A stretch of DNA of 64,000 bases from Alphaproteobacteria bacterium (GCA_045578445.1 JAZNKG010000011.1:46633-110632), one strand, 5' to 3'. Positions 21,728-32,810 are shown, numbered from the stretch's first letter. The notes: generated by a model not told the origin, from the sequence alone. Program-made: numbers and translations.

Positions 21728-23236
21728 CTATACTCTTCCAGCCATATAGTCATATATAAATCGCGAACTATTGCAGACATTTGGTGATTGTCTAGTGGCT
21801 GTTGCAACATTACAAATTGGTCTTCCATCAAATTCAAAATTATCAACACACATTATTGCTTCTTGTAATTTTCTTCTATTTTTTTCTTTTGTTTTTATAT
21901 TGCTTCGTGCGTCTTTATCTGCATTTGATGCAATTTCTGATACAGACAATATCGCATTATTAATATGTTCGCAATAATTTTTTATACTTTCATTTCTTTT
22001 GTTTACATCTGTACCACAATTTTCGTAAATTTTATCAATATTTAGCATGATTTCATTCATATATTGTGAAGCAGTTGTAATAATTTTATATTCTTTGTAT
22101 TTACCATTCTTTTCATCATTGCTTGTATTTTCATTTATTTCTTTTATACAAGCTTTAATTGCATCTTTATCTGATTCAGAAGCTTTTTGTTTTATCATAG
22201 TCAAACTTGCTCTAATATCGTTAAATGTTTCGTCTGCAGGAAGAATATTTACAAGCTCATCTGCATATGTCTCTACATCGGCATAATTTATTCGCCCTGA
22301 AGACTTTTTCATTTCTTTCTGCAATTCCTTATATTTTTCATTAAATCCTTCAGGCATAAAGTCTACATTTTCATCTGATAGCACTTTTAGAGCTGATAAC
22401 CTATAAGAAAAACTAGCAATCATTTTGGCTTTTTTGCATAAATTTTCTACTATTTTAGGTGTTTTTTGAAAATTTTTATAGGCATTTGCCTCTGGAGCAT
22501 CTGGATTCGCTTGAAAAGCTTCATATGATGGAACAAGAACATCTGTTGTATATCTTCTTATCTCATCTAAAGCTTCAGGACAAATTGTCGCAATATTACT
22601 CCAAGATGGTGTCTCGCCTGAGCGTATTAAAAGTATGTTTCTCTCAACTTCATCTTTAGCTTTTTTAGAGTTTTTCTCTATTTCATCAACTTTTTTACAA
22701 ACATCTTTTCTCTTGTTTTCAGCCATGTCTAGATAACTTTTACCAAGCGGTGCTTTTTCACCTTGCTCTGGTTTTGAATACAATACCCAAGTCATAAAAT
22801 CTAAAGGTATATCAACCATTTTATCAATACACCATCCATAAAACTCCAATATCATACCCCAGAAAACAGCCATGATATCTTTTTCTTTGAATTCATCTTT
22901 GCCTTTTTTACTGCGTTCAGGTGGTGTAGATTCTTTTCCTTTAGGTTTTTCTACTTTTGAATGAAGCTCTGTTGGATTAACTCCGTATGCGGAGCTAATT
23001 CCTGCAGCTACATTATCTGCATCATGCTCTGGAGGAATTGGAGGAGTAGGAGGAGTAGGAGGAGTAGGCGGAGTTGGAGGCGTATTATCACCTTCTGTTT
23101 CCTGTGATGCATCATCACCACCAGAACTATTATCGCCATCTAAATTGTCAGCAGAATCATCGAGCAAGAAATTCTCTGTTTCTTGTTTAACTTCATCCTC
23201 AAATTCTTTTTTTTCATTATTTTCGTCTACGCTCAT
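21728..23236 (-). CDS. Hypothetical 502-aa protein with an acidic N-terminus and a (PTP)n repeat; no signal peptide
   Basis: The N-terminal 60 aa are D/E/S-rich, followed by TPPTPPTPPTPPTPPIPP and then a globular Cys-containing region. No recognisable motif. Confidence 0.55.
   Translation of the reverse strand: MSVDENNEKKEFEDEVKQETENFLLDDSADNLDGDNSSGGDDASQETEGDNTPPTPPTPPTPPTPPIPPEHDADNVAAGISSAYGVNPTELHSKVEKPKGKESTPPERSKKGKDEFKEKDIMAVFWGMILEFYGWCIDKMVDIPLDFMTWVLYSKPEQGEKAPLGKSYLDMAENKRKDVCKKVDEIEKNSKKAKDEVERNILLIRSGETPSWSNIATICPEALDEIRRYTTDVLVPSYEAFQANPDAPEANAYKNFQKTPKIVENLCKKAKMIASFSYRLSALKVLSDENVDFMPEGFNEKYKELQKEMKKSSGRINYADVETYADELVNILPADETFNDIRASLTMIKQKASESDKDAIKACIKEINENTSNDEKNGKYKEYKIITTASQYMNEIMLNIDKIYENCGTDVNKRNESIKNYCEHINNAILSVSEIASNADKDARSNIKTKEKNRRKLQEAIMCVDNFEFDGRPICNVATATRQSPNVCNSSRFIYDYMAGRV
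23031..23084. repeat. 9-nt tandem repeat (GGAGGAGTA x3 perfect plus flanking degenerate copies) encoding the PTPPTPP tract
   Basis: Direct reading of the plus strand gives ggaggaatt ggaggagta ggaggagta ggaggagta ggcggagtt ggaggcg. Confidence 0.8.
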
Positions 23237-23304
23237 TTTTCTTCTCCTTGTAAATTTTTTTTATCATAGCATAAAAACACAAGGTTGTCTACTTTAAAAA
23301 TAAT

Positions 23305-24306
23305 CTAAACTTTAAGTTTTTTTACATATTCTCCAATTTTTTGATTTGCTTTTATACCATCTTCTGGAGTTACTTTTATTAATCCAAAAAATTTTGGTTT
23401 TATTTTATCAAAGTCTATTGGCGCAAACATTGCTGGATTTTTTGTTAGTGCCTCAAAAGCACCTGTAGCATCATTTTGGGCGGCTCTAAAATAATTGTTT
23501 ATTAATTTATCTACATCTATAGGAAATTTCTTCTCTTTTAATTTTTTTATAAATAAAGCTTTTCGTTCTTGCAGTTCCATATATTCTTCATATAACTCTC
23601 GTTTAATACGGTTTTTTTGCATATTTTCATGCTTTTGCTTATATAAAAATTCGCAGGTTTCTACATTTATTAGTATTTCAACATACGAAATAATAGCTAA
23701 CTGCAAATCAGTATCATTCAGACTTTCTGCAAAAGTTAAATATTCCTCATCGTTTGCATCTTTTGATAATCTTTTCATATTTTCTGGATCATATCTACAA
23801 ACAATATCCCAGCAAGCTAACATATAGTTCGCTATTTTTTTGCCCACACTAGGTTTATAATTAGGAAAAAGCATTTCTTCTTTATAATCTGTTTCTGGTA
23901 CTTTGAAATTCTTTTTATCTGCCATTGTAAATATTGCATCTTGAAAATTAGATATAGCTCGAGCTAAATCTTGCTCTTCTGTTTTTAATTTCTTTTCAGA
24001 TTGTTCTTCGTTAACAGTTGTTTCTATATTTTCTTTATAAACAGTTGTTGTTAGCAAACTATCTATGCTATTTGCATCTGGTTGTGATGTTTGGGGATTT
24101 GATACGAAGCTATCTAAACTACTTAAAGATGCTTCTTCTTTAGGTGTATCATCTTGATTAATAAAACTACTTAATAAGCTAGAAAATTCATCTTCTATGT
24201 TTGAAGCTTTTGTTTCACTAGCATTTGTATCAGTAGTCTTTTTTTCGTTATTACTATTATTATCATTAGATAAAAAAGCATCTAACCCATCTAATGTATC
24301 ACTCAT
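23305..24306 (-). CDS. Hypothetical 333-aa acidic protein with a reiterated (S/D)xLDxF(L/V)S motif; no signal peptide
   Basis: The first gene of the minus-strand cluster. Its N-terminal 90 aa contain four short acidic motifs (LDGLDAFLSND, SSLLSSFINQDD, SSLDSFVSNP, SIDSLLTT). Confidence 0.5.
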   Translation of the reverse strand: MSDTLDGLDAFLSNDNNSNNEKKTTDTNASETKASNIEDEFSSLLSSFINQDDTPKEEASLSSLDSFVSNPQTSQPDANSIDSLLTTTVYKENIETTVNEEQSEKKLKTEEQDLARAISNFQDAIFTMADKKNFKVPETDYKEEMLFPNYKPSVGKKIANYMLACWDIVCRYDPENMKRLSKDANDEEYLTFAESLNDTDLQLAIISYVEILINVETCEFLYKQKHENMQKNRIKRELYEEYMELQERKALFIKKLKEKKFPIDVDKLINNYFRAAQNDATGAFEALTKNPAMFAPIDFDKIKPKFFGLIKVTPEDGIKANQKIGEYVKKLKV

Positions 24307-24388
24307 CGTTTATCTCCCAGACATTTGTTCTTGATTTTATATTATATATTGATGTATCTTAGAATAAATTTGTGAAAATATCATTAAT

Positions 24389-25378
24389 ATGAATACAATG
24401 GAAAGTGAATTTAATAATATATTTTATACATCTGCTGTCGATGAAAAGAATCAAGGTGTTAGAATCGATAAATTTATAGCTACTTCTTGTAATCGTTTCT
24501 CAAGAGCTCAAGTTCAACGTTTAATTAGTGGTGGATTTGTTTATTGTGATGATGAAATTGTTTCTGATAAAGATTTTAAGACTCGATTAAACGATGTTTA
24601 CCAAATAATTGAACCTCAGCCTAAAGAGGCTCTTCCTGTTGCAGAAAATATTGATTTAGATATTGTATATGAAGACGAACACTTAGTTGTTGTAAATAAG
24701 CCTGCAGGAATGACTGTTCATCCTGCAGCAGGTGTTTATTCAGGAACACTTGTTAATGCGCTACTTTTTCATTGTAAAGATTCTCTTTCTGGTATTGGTG
24801 GAGTTGCTCGTCCTGGTATTGTCCATAGGATTGATAAAAACACGAGCGGACTTTTGGTTGTTGCAAAAAATGATTTAGCCCATAATGGTTTGGCAGAACA
24901 ATTTTATAAACATTCTATTGAACGAACTTATTTTGCTATTACTCATAATGTACCTAATCCTATGAATGGTATTATTGAAGGAAATATTGCAAGAAGCTCT
25001 TTTGATAGAAAAAAAATGGCATTAGTAAAAACTGGTGGCAAACACGCAATTACACACTACAAAACAATTGAAAATTACAATAACTCATTAGCTCTTATTA
25101 AATGCAATTTAGAAACTGGAAGAACTCATCAAATTAGAGTGCATATGTCTAGTATTGGATGTCATCTTGTTGGTGATGATGTTTATAAAGGAAAAAAATC
25201 TAACATTCATATGCCTGAGCTTGTTAGAAAAACTATTGTTAATTTTCCTAGACAAGCTCTACATGCATATTCTCTTGGTTTTGTACATCCTATTACAAAA
25301 GAATATTTAGAGTTTTCAAGAGACTTTCCTGAAGACATGGAAAATCTTATTAACCTATTGAGAAAACATAAACTTTAG
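24389..25378 (+). CDS. rluD: 23S rRNA pseudouridine synthase, RluA/RluD family
   Basis: An S4-like N-terminus (RIDKFIATSCNRFSRAQVQRLISGG) and the catalytic motif HRIDKNTSGLLVVAK are present. Confidence 0.85.
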   Translation: MNTMESEFNNIFYTSAVDEKNQGVRIDKFIATSCNRFSRAQVQRLISGGFVYCDDEIVSDKDFKTRLNDVYQIIEPQPKEALPVAENIDLDIVYEDEHLVVVNKPAGMTVHPAAGVYSGTLVNALLFHCKDSLSGIGGVARPGIVHRIDKNTSGLLVVAKNDLAHNGLAEQFYKHSIERTYFAITHNVPNPMNGIIEGNIARSSFDRKKMALVKTGGKHAITHYKTIENYNNSLALIKCNLETGRTHQIRVHMSSIGCHLVGDDVYKGKKSNIHMPELVRKTIVNFPRQALHAYSLGFVHPITKEYLEFSRDFPEDMENLINLLRKHKL

Positions 25379-25496
25379 TTAAAAAACATTCTATTTTTCT
25401 TAAAAATTTATTAAAAACAATAAAACTATTGTCTAGATTGTGGAAAAAACAATTAGATAATAATCTTGCTCTTGGTCAATTTTTAGGAGAATAATT

Positions 25497-26372
25497 ATGA
25501 ATGAACAACCTAATATAAATGGACTAGAGTTTTCACCAGAAGAAAATTTATCTCGATATTTACAATCTATTAAAAAATATCCTATTTTATCTTTAGAAGA
25601 AGAATTTGACTTAGCCTCTCAATATAAACTTACAAAAGATAAAAACATAGCCTATAAATTAATTACATCACACCTAAGACTTGTTGTTAAAGTTGTTTCT
25701 AAATATAGAGGCTATGGATTACCTGTTGGTGAAATGATTTCAGAAGGAAATATTGGTTTAATGTATGCTATTGATAAATTTGAACCTGAAAAAGGTTTTA
25801 GATTCTCTACATATGCATTATGGTGGATAAAAGCATCTGTTCAAAAATATATTTTAAATTCATGGTCGTTAGTTAAACTGGGAACAACAGCAGCTCAAAA
25901 AAAATTATTTTTCAACTTACGAAAAATAAAAAACAAATTAAACTTAATTGATGATAGAGAGCTTTCTCAACATATTTTAAAAGATATTGCAAAATCATTA
26001 GATGTTAGCGTTCAAGATGTTACTGATATGAATATGCGTTTAAAATCGCATGACGGTTCTCTAAATACAATAATTGATGGAGATTCTGACGGGGCATCTG
26101 AGTGGCTTGACTTTATTTCTGACAATAAACCTAATCAAGAGGAGAATTTAGCTCATATTGAAACAGTAAAATATCGAAAACAGATGTTTAAAAAAGCTTT
26201 GTATGTTTTAAATCCTAGAGAAAAAGATATCTTATTTAAAAGACGATTATATGATAAAACTATTACTTTAGACGACCTTAGTAAAACCTATAATATTTCT
26301 AAAGAACGTGTAAGACAAATTGAATTAAATTCTATTAGAAAAATAACAAAGGCAATTGAGCTTATGCAATAA
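25497..26372 (+). CDS. rpoH: RNA polymerase sigma-32 factor RpoH
   Basis: Sigma-70 regions 2 and 4 are present, together with the RpoH box QKKLFFNLRKIK. An AGGAG RBS lies 7 nt upstream. Confidence 0.9.
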   Translation: MNEQPNINGLEFSPEENLSRYLQSIKKYPILSLEEEFDLASQYKLTKDKNIAYKLITSHLRLVVKVVSKYRGYGLPVGEMISEGNIGLMYAIDKFEPEKGFRFSTYALWWIKASVQKYILNSWSLVKLGTTAAQKKLFFNLRKIKNKLNLIDDRELSQHILKDIAKSLDVSVQDVTDMNMRLKSHDGSLNTIIDGDSDGASEWLDFISDNKPNQEENLAHIETVKYRKQMFKKALYVLNPREKDILFKRRLYDKTITLDDLSKTYNISKERVRQIELNSIRKITKAIELMQ

Positions 26373-26389
26373 TATATGGATTTACCTTT

Positions 26390-26566
26390 ATGAAAAATAC
26401 TAATAGCGACAAATTATACGTCAAAATCCTTCTGATACTGTGCTTAATTTCCTTATTTTTGATTTGCATAAATTTATATGATATTAAAATAAGAAAGACT
26501 AAGCATTTACCTGTATCAGAAGGATTATCTTTTAATACTCTTAATTTACATATAGACTATGGCTAA
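26390..26566 (+). CDS. Possible 59-aa single-TM small protein (not in the supplied ORF track)
   Basis: Translation gives MKNTNSDKLYVKILLILCLISLFLICINLYDIKIRKTKHLPVSEGLSFNTLNLHIDYG. It fills the convergent gap after rpoH, but there is no clear RBS. Confidence 0.2.
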   Translation: MKNTNSDKLYVKILLILCLISLFLICINLYDIKIRKTKHLPVSEGLSFNTLNLHIDYG

Positions 26567-26569
26567 TCT

Positions 26570-27025
26570 TTAATAGTTATAAGTATCGTCCAAAGGTGTG
26601 CCTTGGTTAACACTTTGTGGTTTGTATATAAAGAGATTACTTGTTTCTGGTATCTCTTTTGTTCTTGTTATATAACCTTTTTTAAGCATACATTTTTTGT
26701 ATTTACGAGGACTTACATCTGTATCGTCTCGAACAGAATTAACTAATACAGGTGCGGCTCCTGGATAAGGAACAAAGCTTGCCCATATACCTTTTTCCTT
26801 GTGCCATTTAACTACAGTATCGTAACGTTGTTCTTCTGAATAAAACCAGCTTTTGATACTTGGAAATAAACGAAAAGCCTCTGCTTGACGCATACACTCC
26901 GAATGATCTCGAGCGAATTTAATACCGCCTGTATTATATCTATCCCAATGAAAAACAACTTGCCCTTTACCGCTTACACAAGCAGTTAATAAAAGTATTA
27001 TAAAAAATAAATAACATTTCTTCAT
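26570..27025 (-). CDS. Hypothetical lipoprotein (151 aa)
   Basis: A signal peptide with a lipobox is present (FFIILLLTACVSG). The gene is translationally coupled to the upstream GST gene by a 1-nt gap. Confidence 0.5.
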   Translation of the reverse strand: MKKCYLFFIILLLTACVSGKGQVVFHWDRYNTGGIKFARDHSECMRQAEAFRLFPSIKSWFYSEEQRYDTVVKWHKEKGIWASFVPYPGAAPVLVNSVRDDTDVSPRKYKKCMLKKGYITRTKEIPETSNLFIYKPQSVNQGTPLDDTYNY

Positions 27026-27026
27026 A

Positions 27027-27692
27027 TTAAAAATCCAAATTTGTGTAGTTGCTAGACGGCGCTATGCCTTTTATGTTATCTTTTAGTATTTCTTTAAAAC
27101 TTGGGCGGGATTTTATTTTTGCATACCATGTTTTTGCATTTTTATACTCCTCCCAAGGAATATCTCCTAAATAATCAAGTATTGATAGATGAGCAGCTGC
27201 TGTTAAATCTGCCATTGTTATGGTGTTTCCAGCTAAATAATTGTTTTTATCTGCTAAATAATCTATATATTCCATATGAAAACGTAAATTATTTAAACCT
27301 GCTTTTAATATTTTTGAATTCGGAGCAAGTTTATACTGAAAACGTTTTATAATTTTTTCAGCCACAATATATTTATATACTTCATTATAAAATTTTGTAT
27401 CAAACCACTCCATAATACGCCTTACTTCGGCTTTATTTTTAGCATCTTCTGGCAATAATTTATATTGAGGATTGCTCTCTTCTAGATATTCAGTTATAGC
27501 ATAATTTCCAGATATAACTGTTCCGTCAAAAATCAAAACAGGTAAATCTCCAGATGGGTTTATATTTGCTATTTCTGATGATAAATTCCAAGGTTCTTCT
27601 TCTTTTAAAACGAATAGCATTTTTTTCTCAGCCATAAGAAGTCTAATTTTTCTTGACTGAGGAACTATACTGTGATGAACCAAAAGAACCAT
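27027..27692 (-). CDS. Glutathione S-transferase family protein
   Basis: An N-terminal thioredoxin-like GST fold (…LPVLIFDGTVISGNYAITEYLEE…) and a helical C-domain are present. The start is the ATG (MVLLVHH) with an AGGAG RBS. Confidence 0.65.
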   Translation of the reverse strand: MVLLVHHSIVPQSRKIRLLMAEKKMLFVLKEEEPWNLSSEIANINPSGDLPVLIFDGTVISGNYAITEYLEESNPQYKLLPEDAKNKAEVRRIMEWFDTKFYNEVYKYIVAEKIIKRFQYKLAPNSKILKAGLNNLRFHMEYIDYLADKNNYLAGNTITMADLTAAAHLSILDYLGDIPWEEYKNAKTWYAKIKSRPSFKEILKDNIKGIAPSSNYTNLDF

Positions 27693-27764
27693 TTTATTTC
27701 TCCTAAAAAGCGATACTATGCTACATATTATTTTTTTAAATTTCAAGTATATGTTTGTTTTGTA

Positions 27765-28670
27765 TTATTGTACTGTTTCAGATAAATTTTCGTCTTTTGT
27801 TTGTTCCCCTATATACATTGGAGGAACAATACCTTGAGTATTTTTCTTATAAATTTCTAAAACATCTTCTAGAGCTTTATCTCTTGTTTCTTTAAACTCT
27901 TCTGTTCTCATGTATCTTTTAAGATGCTCTATATTTGGATCATTATTTAATTTATAATTAATTCTTATGAATAATGGATTTTTCCAAATAGCATCTTTAC
28001 TATAAGATATATAATCTCTTATACCTATTTTATAGGCTTCAATTTGACTAGGATAATAACCGGCAACTAAGTAATCAACTTTTTTTGTAAATAGCTTTTC
28101 AAACGCTGTTGCATAGTCATTAAAAGAAGCCATTTTATATTTTGAAAAATCTTTAATAATAAAAGAAGATAAACTATCTTGATTTATATATCCACCTTTA
28201 TATTTATGTAAATCTTCCTTGTTATTAATAACCACTGCTCCACCTCTTATTGTAATTACGTGAAGTTTATTTTCAAAAAATGCTGGATATAAATATTCAT
28301 TTTTAGAATATTGGTAAAATTCTTGCGGAACAGCAAATAGAGCGTTTATATACTTATTACCTCTTTCAAATGATTTTTTATCTTCCTCATATCCTTTTTT
28401 ATTATATACTAACTTTATATATATTTTACTTTTTTCAGCAATTTTTTTTATAAGTGGCAAAAAAGCTGACCCCTGTTCTTCTGATGAAAAAGGAAATGCA
28501 TTATGATTAGCTAACGTGTATAACTCCTTAGCTTTTTGTATTGTTGTATCGTTTAATATATATTTAGGTTGTTCAAAACCATATTTTTTTTTACCAAACA
28601 TCTTAATTGTACTAGCATTTGCTGAAAAACTAAATAACGCGATTATAAAGAATGTAAAAAGATATTTCAT
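27765..28670 (-). CDS. Periplasmic protein with solute-binding-protein-like features (301 aa)
   Basis: A cleavable signal peptide is present (FFIIALFSFSANAS). The weak resemblance to a family-3 substrate-binding fold is tentative. Confidence 0.45.
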   Translation of the reverse strand: MKYLFTFFIIALFSFSANASTIKMFGKKKYGFEQPKYILNDTTIQKAKELYTLANHNAFPFSSEEQGSAFLPLIKKIAEKSKIYIKLVYNKKGYEEDKKSFERGNKYINALFAVPQEFYQYSKNEYLYPAFFENKLHVITIRGGAVVINNKEDLHKYKGGYINQDSLSSFIIKDFSKYKMASFNDYATAFEKLFTKKVDYLVAGYYPSQIEAYKIGIRDYISYSKDAIWKNPLFIRINYKLNNDPNIEHLKRYMRTEEFKETRDKALEDVLEIYKKNTQGIVPPMYIGEQTKDENLSETVQ

Positions 28671-28734
28671 ATTACCCTCTAATTAAAAAAAAGAATCTTT
28701 GATATTTAAACTATAATTGATATTATATTAAAAA

Positions 28735-29565
28735 ATGATTTATCTTTTAACTAAAAAAGGATGTATTGTGAACAATAGTTATAGTGCGATTTATGAGCAT
28801 TTATTTTTAAAAAAAGGAACAAACAGAGGTGTTTCTGTATTTATTTCTGGAGCAGAGCAAACGGGTTCTACATGGTGTTCTCTTAATATTGCGCATGCTC
28901 TAAATCAAGAAAAACAGAGAGTTTTATTTGTTGATGCATGTGGTAATTTTTCTAATGCTTATTCTTATTTACCACTAAATACAGAATTGTTTATAGAAGA
29001 TTATACACGAGGAACCAAAACACTAAATCAGATACTATCAGGATATAAAAATAAAAACTTTAACCTCTTGGTAGCAAAATCTGGCGGTAAATTTTTACAA
29101 TCAATGCAAAAAGGAAGAATTGACATCTTTGCAGAAGATTTGTTTTTTTTAGCAGATGATTATAATCACACAATTATAGATGTGGACGCAAATAATATTG
29201 ATAAAGCTCTATGTTTATGTCAAATTGCAAATAATATTATCTTAACATGCACAGAAAATAATGCCGATATAACAAAAACATTTGAATTAATAAGAAAATT
29301 AAACGAATCAGAAATTGATGCTAATTATTATTTAATAATTAACAAAGTAAACTCTTTTGAAGATGGTTTTAAGGTTTATGAAAAACTTTGTAAAGCTTCT
29401 GATAGAACAAGCTTAAAATATCCTGATTTATTAGGTATAATAAGACTGGATACGAGAGTAAGGGATACAATTAAAAACAAAGAGATGCTTCTGACAAGAT
29501 ATCCTACCTCTGAGGCTGCTTCTGATATAAAAAATATTGCTGAAAAGCTTTGTTGGGAGAAATAA
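28735..29565 (+). CDS. ParA/MinD-family P-loop NTPase homolog with a degenerate Walker A
   Basis: The overall MinD/ParA layout is present (deviant Walker A region VFISGAEQTGSTWCSL, then LLVAKSGGKF, IIDVDANN and a C-terminal helix), but the KGGxGK[ST] lysines are absent. Confidence 0.5.
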   Translation: MIYLLTKKGCIVNNSYSAIYEHLFLKKGTNRGVSVFISGAEQTGSTWCSLNIAHALNQEKQRVLFVDACGNFSNAYSYLPLNTELFIEDYTRGTKTLNQILSGYKNKNFNLLVAKSGGKFLQSMQKGRIDIFAEDLFFLADDYNHTIIDVDANNIDKALCLCQIANNIILTCTENNADITKTFELIRKLNESEIDANYYLIINKVNSFEDGFKVYEKLCKASDRTSLKYPDLLGIIRLDTRVRDTIKNKEMLLTRYPTSEAASDIKNIAEKLCWEK

Positions 29566-29566
29566 T

Positions 29567-30718
29567 ATGCGAAATAATAATAAATATGATGCCTTAGGAT
29601 ATTTTGAATTGTTTAATATTGACCTAAATGCATCTGATGAAGATATAAGGCTTAGCTACAAAGAATTAGTAAAAAAATGGCACCCAGATTATAATACTTC
29701 GGAAGAAGCTATTGATGTTTTCAAGCAACTTTCTTCTGCATACGATGTGCTTAAAGACCCGATTTCTAGATTAAAATACAAATTACTCTCTATGGTTTAT
29801 GCAAAAGAAAATTTTCCAGATATGAAAATGCTATGTGTTTTAAAAAACATGCATGGACAAGAAGATGTAAATATGCGTGCATTTAGGCTAATAGAAATAA
29901 CAGGAAAAGGTATATCCCATTCATCTATTGATAAAATTTATTATTGTAGTCCATATGAAGCATCTTCTACTATAGAAAAAATAACCAAACATAATTGGAC
30001 GCGTGGTTTTTTAGGAATAACGGGAATATTTGCAAATTTAAAAGCTATTGTTGCTAATATTGTTAATATTAACAATAAAAAAGAAAACCTCTTATTATCT
30101 ATACATAATGCTTTAGCTTATGAACTTGAAAATAAATTTGATGAAGCTTTAACATTAGCTATACTGGCAAAGGAATATGCCTCTAAAGAAGATATTGTAT
30201 ATATCAACTCTTATATTGAAACATTAAAAAATCATAATCCTTTACCTCTTAAAAAATGGAATTTTAGTAAGCTTAAACGTATACAATTATTTTTTCCTAT
30301 AATTTTGTTTTTATGTGTTTTTGCTATATGTAGTTATTTGAATTTGAAAACCCTAGAGCAACAAAGGAAAAATGTTACAAATTTAAATCAAGTTGTAATT
30401 TTTAATGATGGAAAAACAACATATAACGATGTTTCTGTTGCAAAAATATTTGACATTCCAGTAAATATTTACGATAAAAAGCAGTTATATCATATTAAAA
30501 AAGATACTGTCGCAAGACACGGAGCAGATGATAACTTTGATATATACAAAGAAGTAGAGTCAAAGACAACTGTTAGAGTTACTGGATATACAGCTGATGG
30601 CAAATGGTCTAGAATTATGTTTGATAATGGAGTTATGGCTTTTGTAAAAACAGAATATTTAGAACAAGGAATCGGCAACGAAATACCTTTGTGGAGTAAA
30701 ATTTATAAAGAAGAATAG
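29567..30718 (+). CDS. Membrane J-domain (DnaJ-like) protein with a C-terminal bacterial SH3-like domain
   Basis: A J-domain with the HPD motif (YKELVKKWHPDYN) is followed by a single TM (LFFPIILFLCVFAICSYL) and an SH3b-like C-terminus (VRVTGYTADGKWSRIMFDNGVMAFVKTEYLE). The start is the ATG at 29567 with a GGGAG RBS, 1 nt after the upstream stop. Confidence 0.65.
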   Translation: MRNNNKYDALGYFELFNIDLNASDEDIRLSYKELVKKWHPDYNTSEEAIDVFKQLSSAYDVLKDPISRLKYKLLSMVYAKENFPDMKMLCVLKNMHGQEDVNMRAFRLIEITGKGISHSSIDKIYYCSPYEASSTIEKITKHNWTRGFLGITGIFANLKAIVANIVNINNKKENLLLSIHNALAYELENKFDEALTLAILAKEYASKEDIVYINSYIETLKNHNPLPLKKWNFSKLKRIQLFFPIILFLCVFAICSYLNLKTLEQQRKNVTNLNQVVIFNDGKTTYNDVSVAKIFDIPVNIYDKKQLYHIKKDTVARHGADDNFDIYKEVESKTTVRVTGYTADGKWSRIMFDNGVMAFVKTEYLEQGIGNEIPLWSKIYKEE

Positions 30719-30724
30719 GAATAG

Positions 30725-31852
<1,128 letters not shown>

Positions 31853-31853
31853 T

Positions 31854-32810
31854 ATGGCTAGAAAAAAATCTTGTCAAAATAAAGAAGAACTACTTTCGTC
31901 ATTTCTTAAAGAAAATGAAAAAGATGGTATTAGAGTTTTTGTTGCTGGCGGTTCTAGAGGGGGGCATAATCCGATGTATGTCCGTGATACTTATAACTTA
32001 GGCAAACAAATTGTAAAAATGGGTTTTAAGCTGGACTTTGGCTTATCTAATACAGGAATAATGGGCGCTGTTGCGCGTGGTGTTATGGATGCATGGAATG
32101 AAAAGCAACAATGCACAAATAACGAAGAATTTCCTATTCAAGGTATTACTACTGAAGAATATTACAAACTGTATGATTCTGATGATAGTATGCTTAAACA
32201 CATAAATGTAATTTTTGCAAAAACATTAGAAGAGCGAAAACAAAGATTGCTTGATGCAGACTTTGTAGTATTCGCCCCTGGTGGAGTTGGTACTCTTGAT
32301 GAGCTGGCTTATGATTGCGTTGCTATGCAAGACGGTTTGTTACAAAAGAAACCTTTTATTTTATATAATATCGGTGGATTTTTTCATCACTTGCTAGAAT
32401 ATTTAAAATCTATGGCAAACAAAGGATTTGCTGACCCTGTACCTTTTATTGTTGTTGATAACGAATCTGAATTAGAAGTTGCTTTTAATCTTTTAAAATC
32501 TAAATACAAAAAATGCAAAGAAGATAAGACTGTTTATGATAATTCAAGAGAATTGGTGTATGAATTGCCATATTTTATAAAGCGCCATCAAAATGATAAT
32601 ATGGAAGTTATAGATATTATTAGAGATGTTTGTGCTATAAGAGGGCTTGGCAACGAGGAAGAAAAAGCAAATTTAGAAAATGATATAGAAACAGCATATC
32701 TAGAAAAAGAAATTGAAAGAATGTATGAGCGACTAGCAAAAACTGGACGAGATACATCTGTTGTAAGTTATAAACTTGCAAGACTAAAGAAAAGACAAAA
32801 GAAATTATAA
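31854..32810 (+). CDS. LOG-family (TIGR00730 Rossmann-fold) protein with a C-terminal extension
   Basis: The motifs VFVAGGSRGG and PGGVGTLDEL are present. The start is the ATG 2 nt after the tgt stop, with a GGAG RBS. Confidence 0.7.
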   Translation: MARKKSCQNKEELLSSFLKENEKDGIRVFVAGGSRGGHNPMYVRDTYNLGKQIVKMGFKLDFGLSNTGIMGAVARGVMDAWNEKQQCTNNEEFPIQGITTEEYYKLYDSDDSMLKHINVIFAKTLEERKQRLLDADFVVFAPGGVGTLDELAYDCVAMQDGLLQKKPFILYNIGGFFHHLLEYLKSMANKGFADPVPFIVVDNESELEVAFNLLKSKYKKCKEDKTVYDNSRELVYELPYFIKRHQNDNMEVIDIIRDVCAIRGLGNEEEKANLENDIETAYLEKEIERMYERLAKTGRDTSVVSYKLARLKKRQKKL

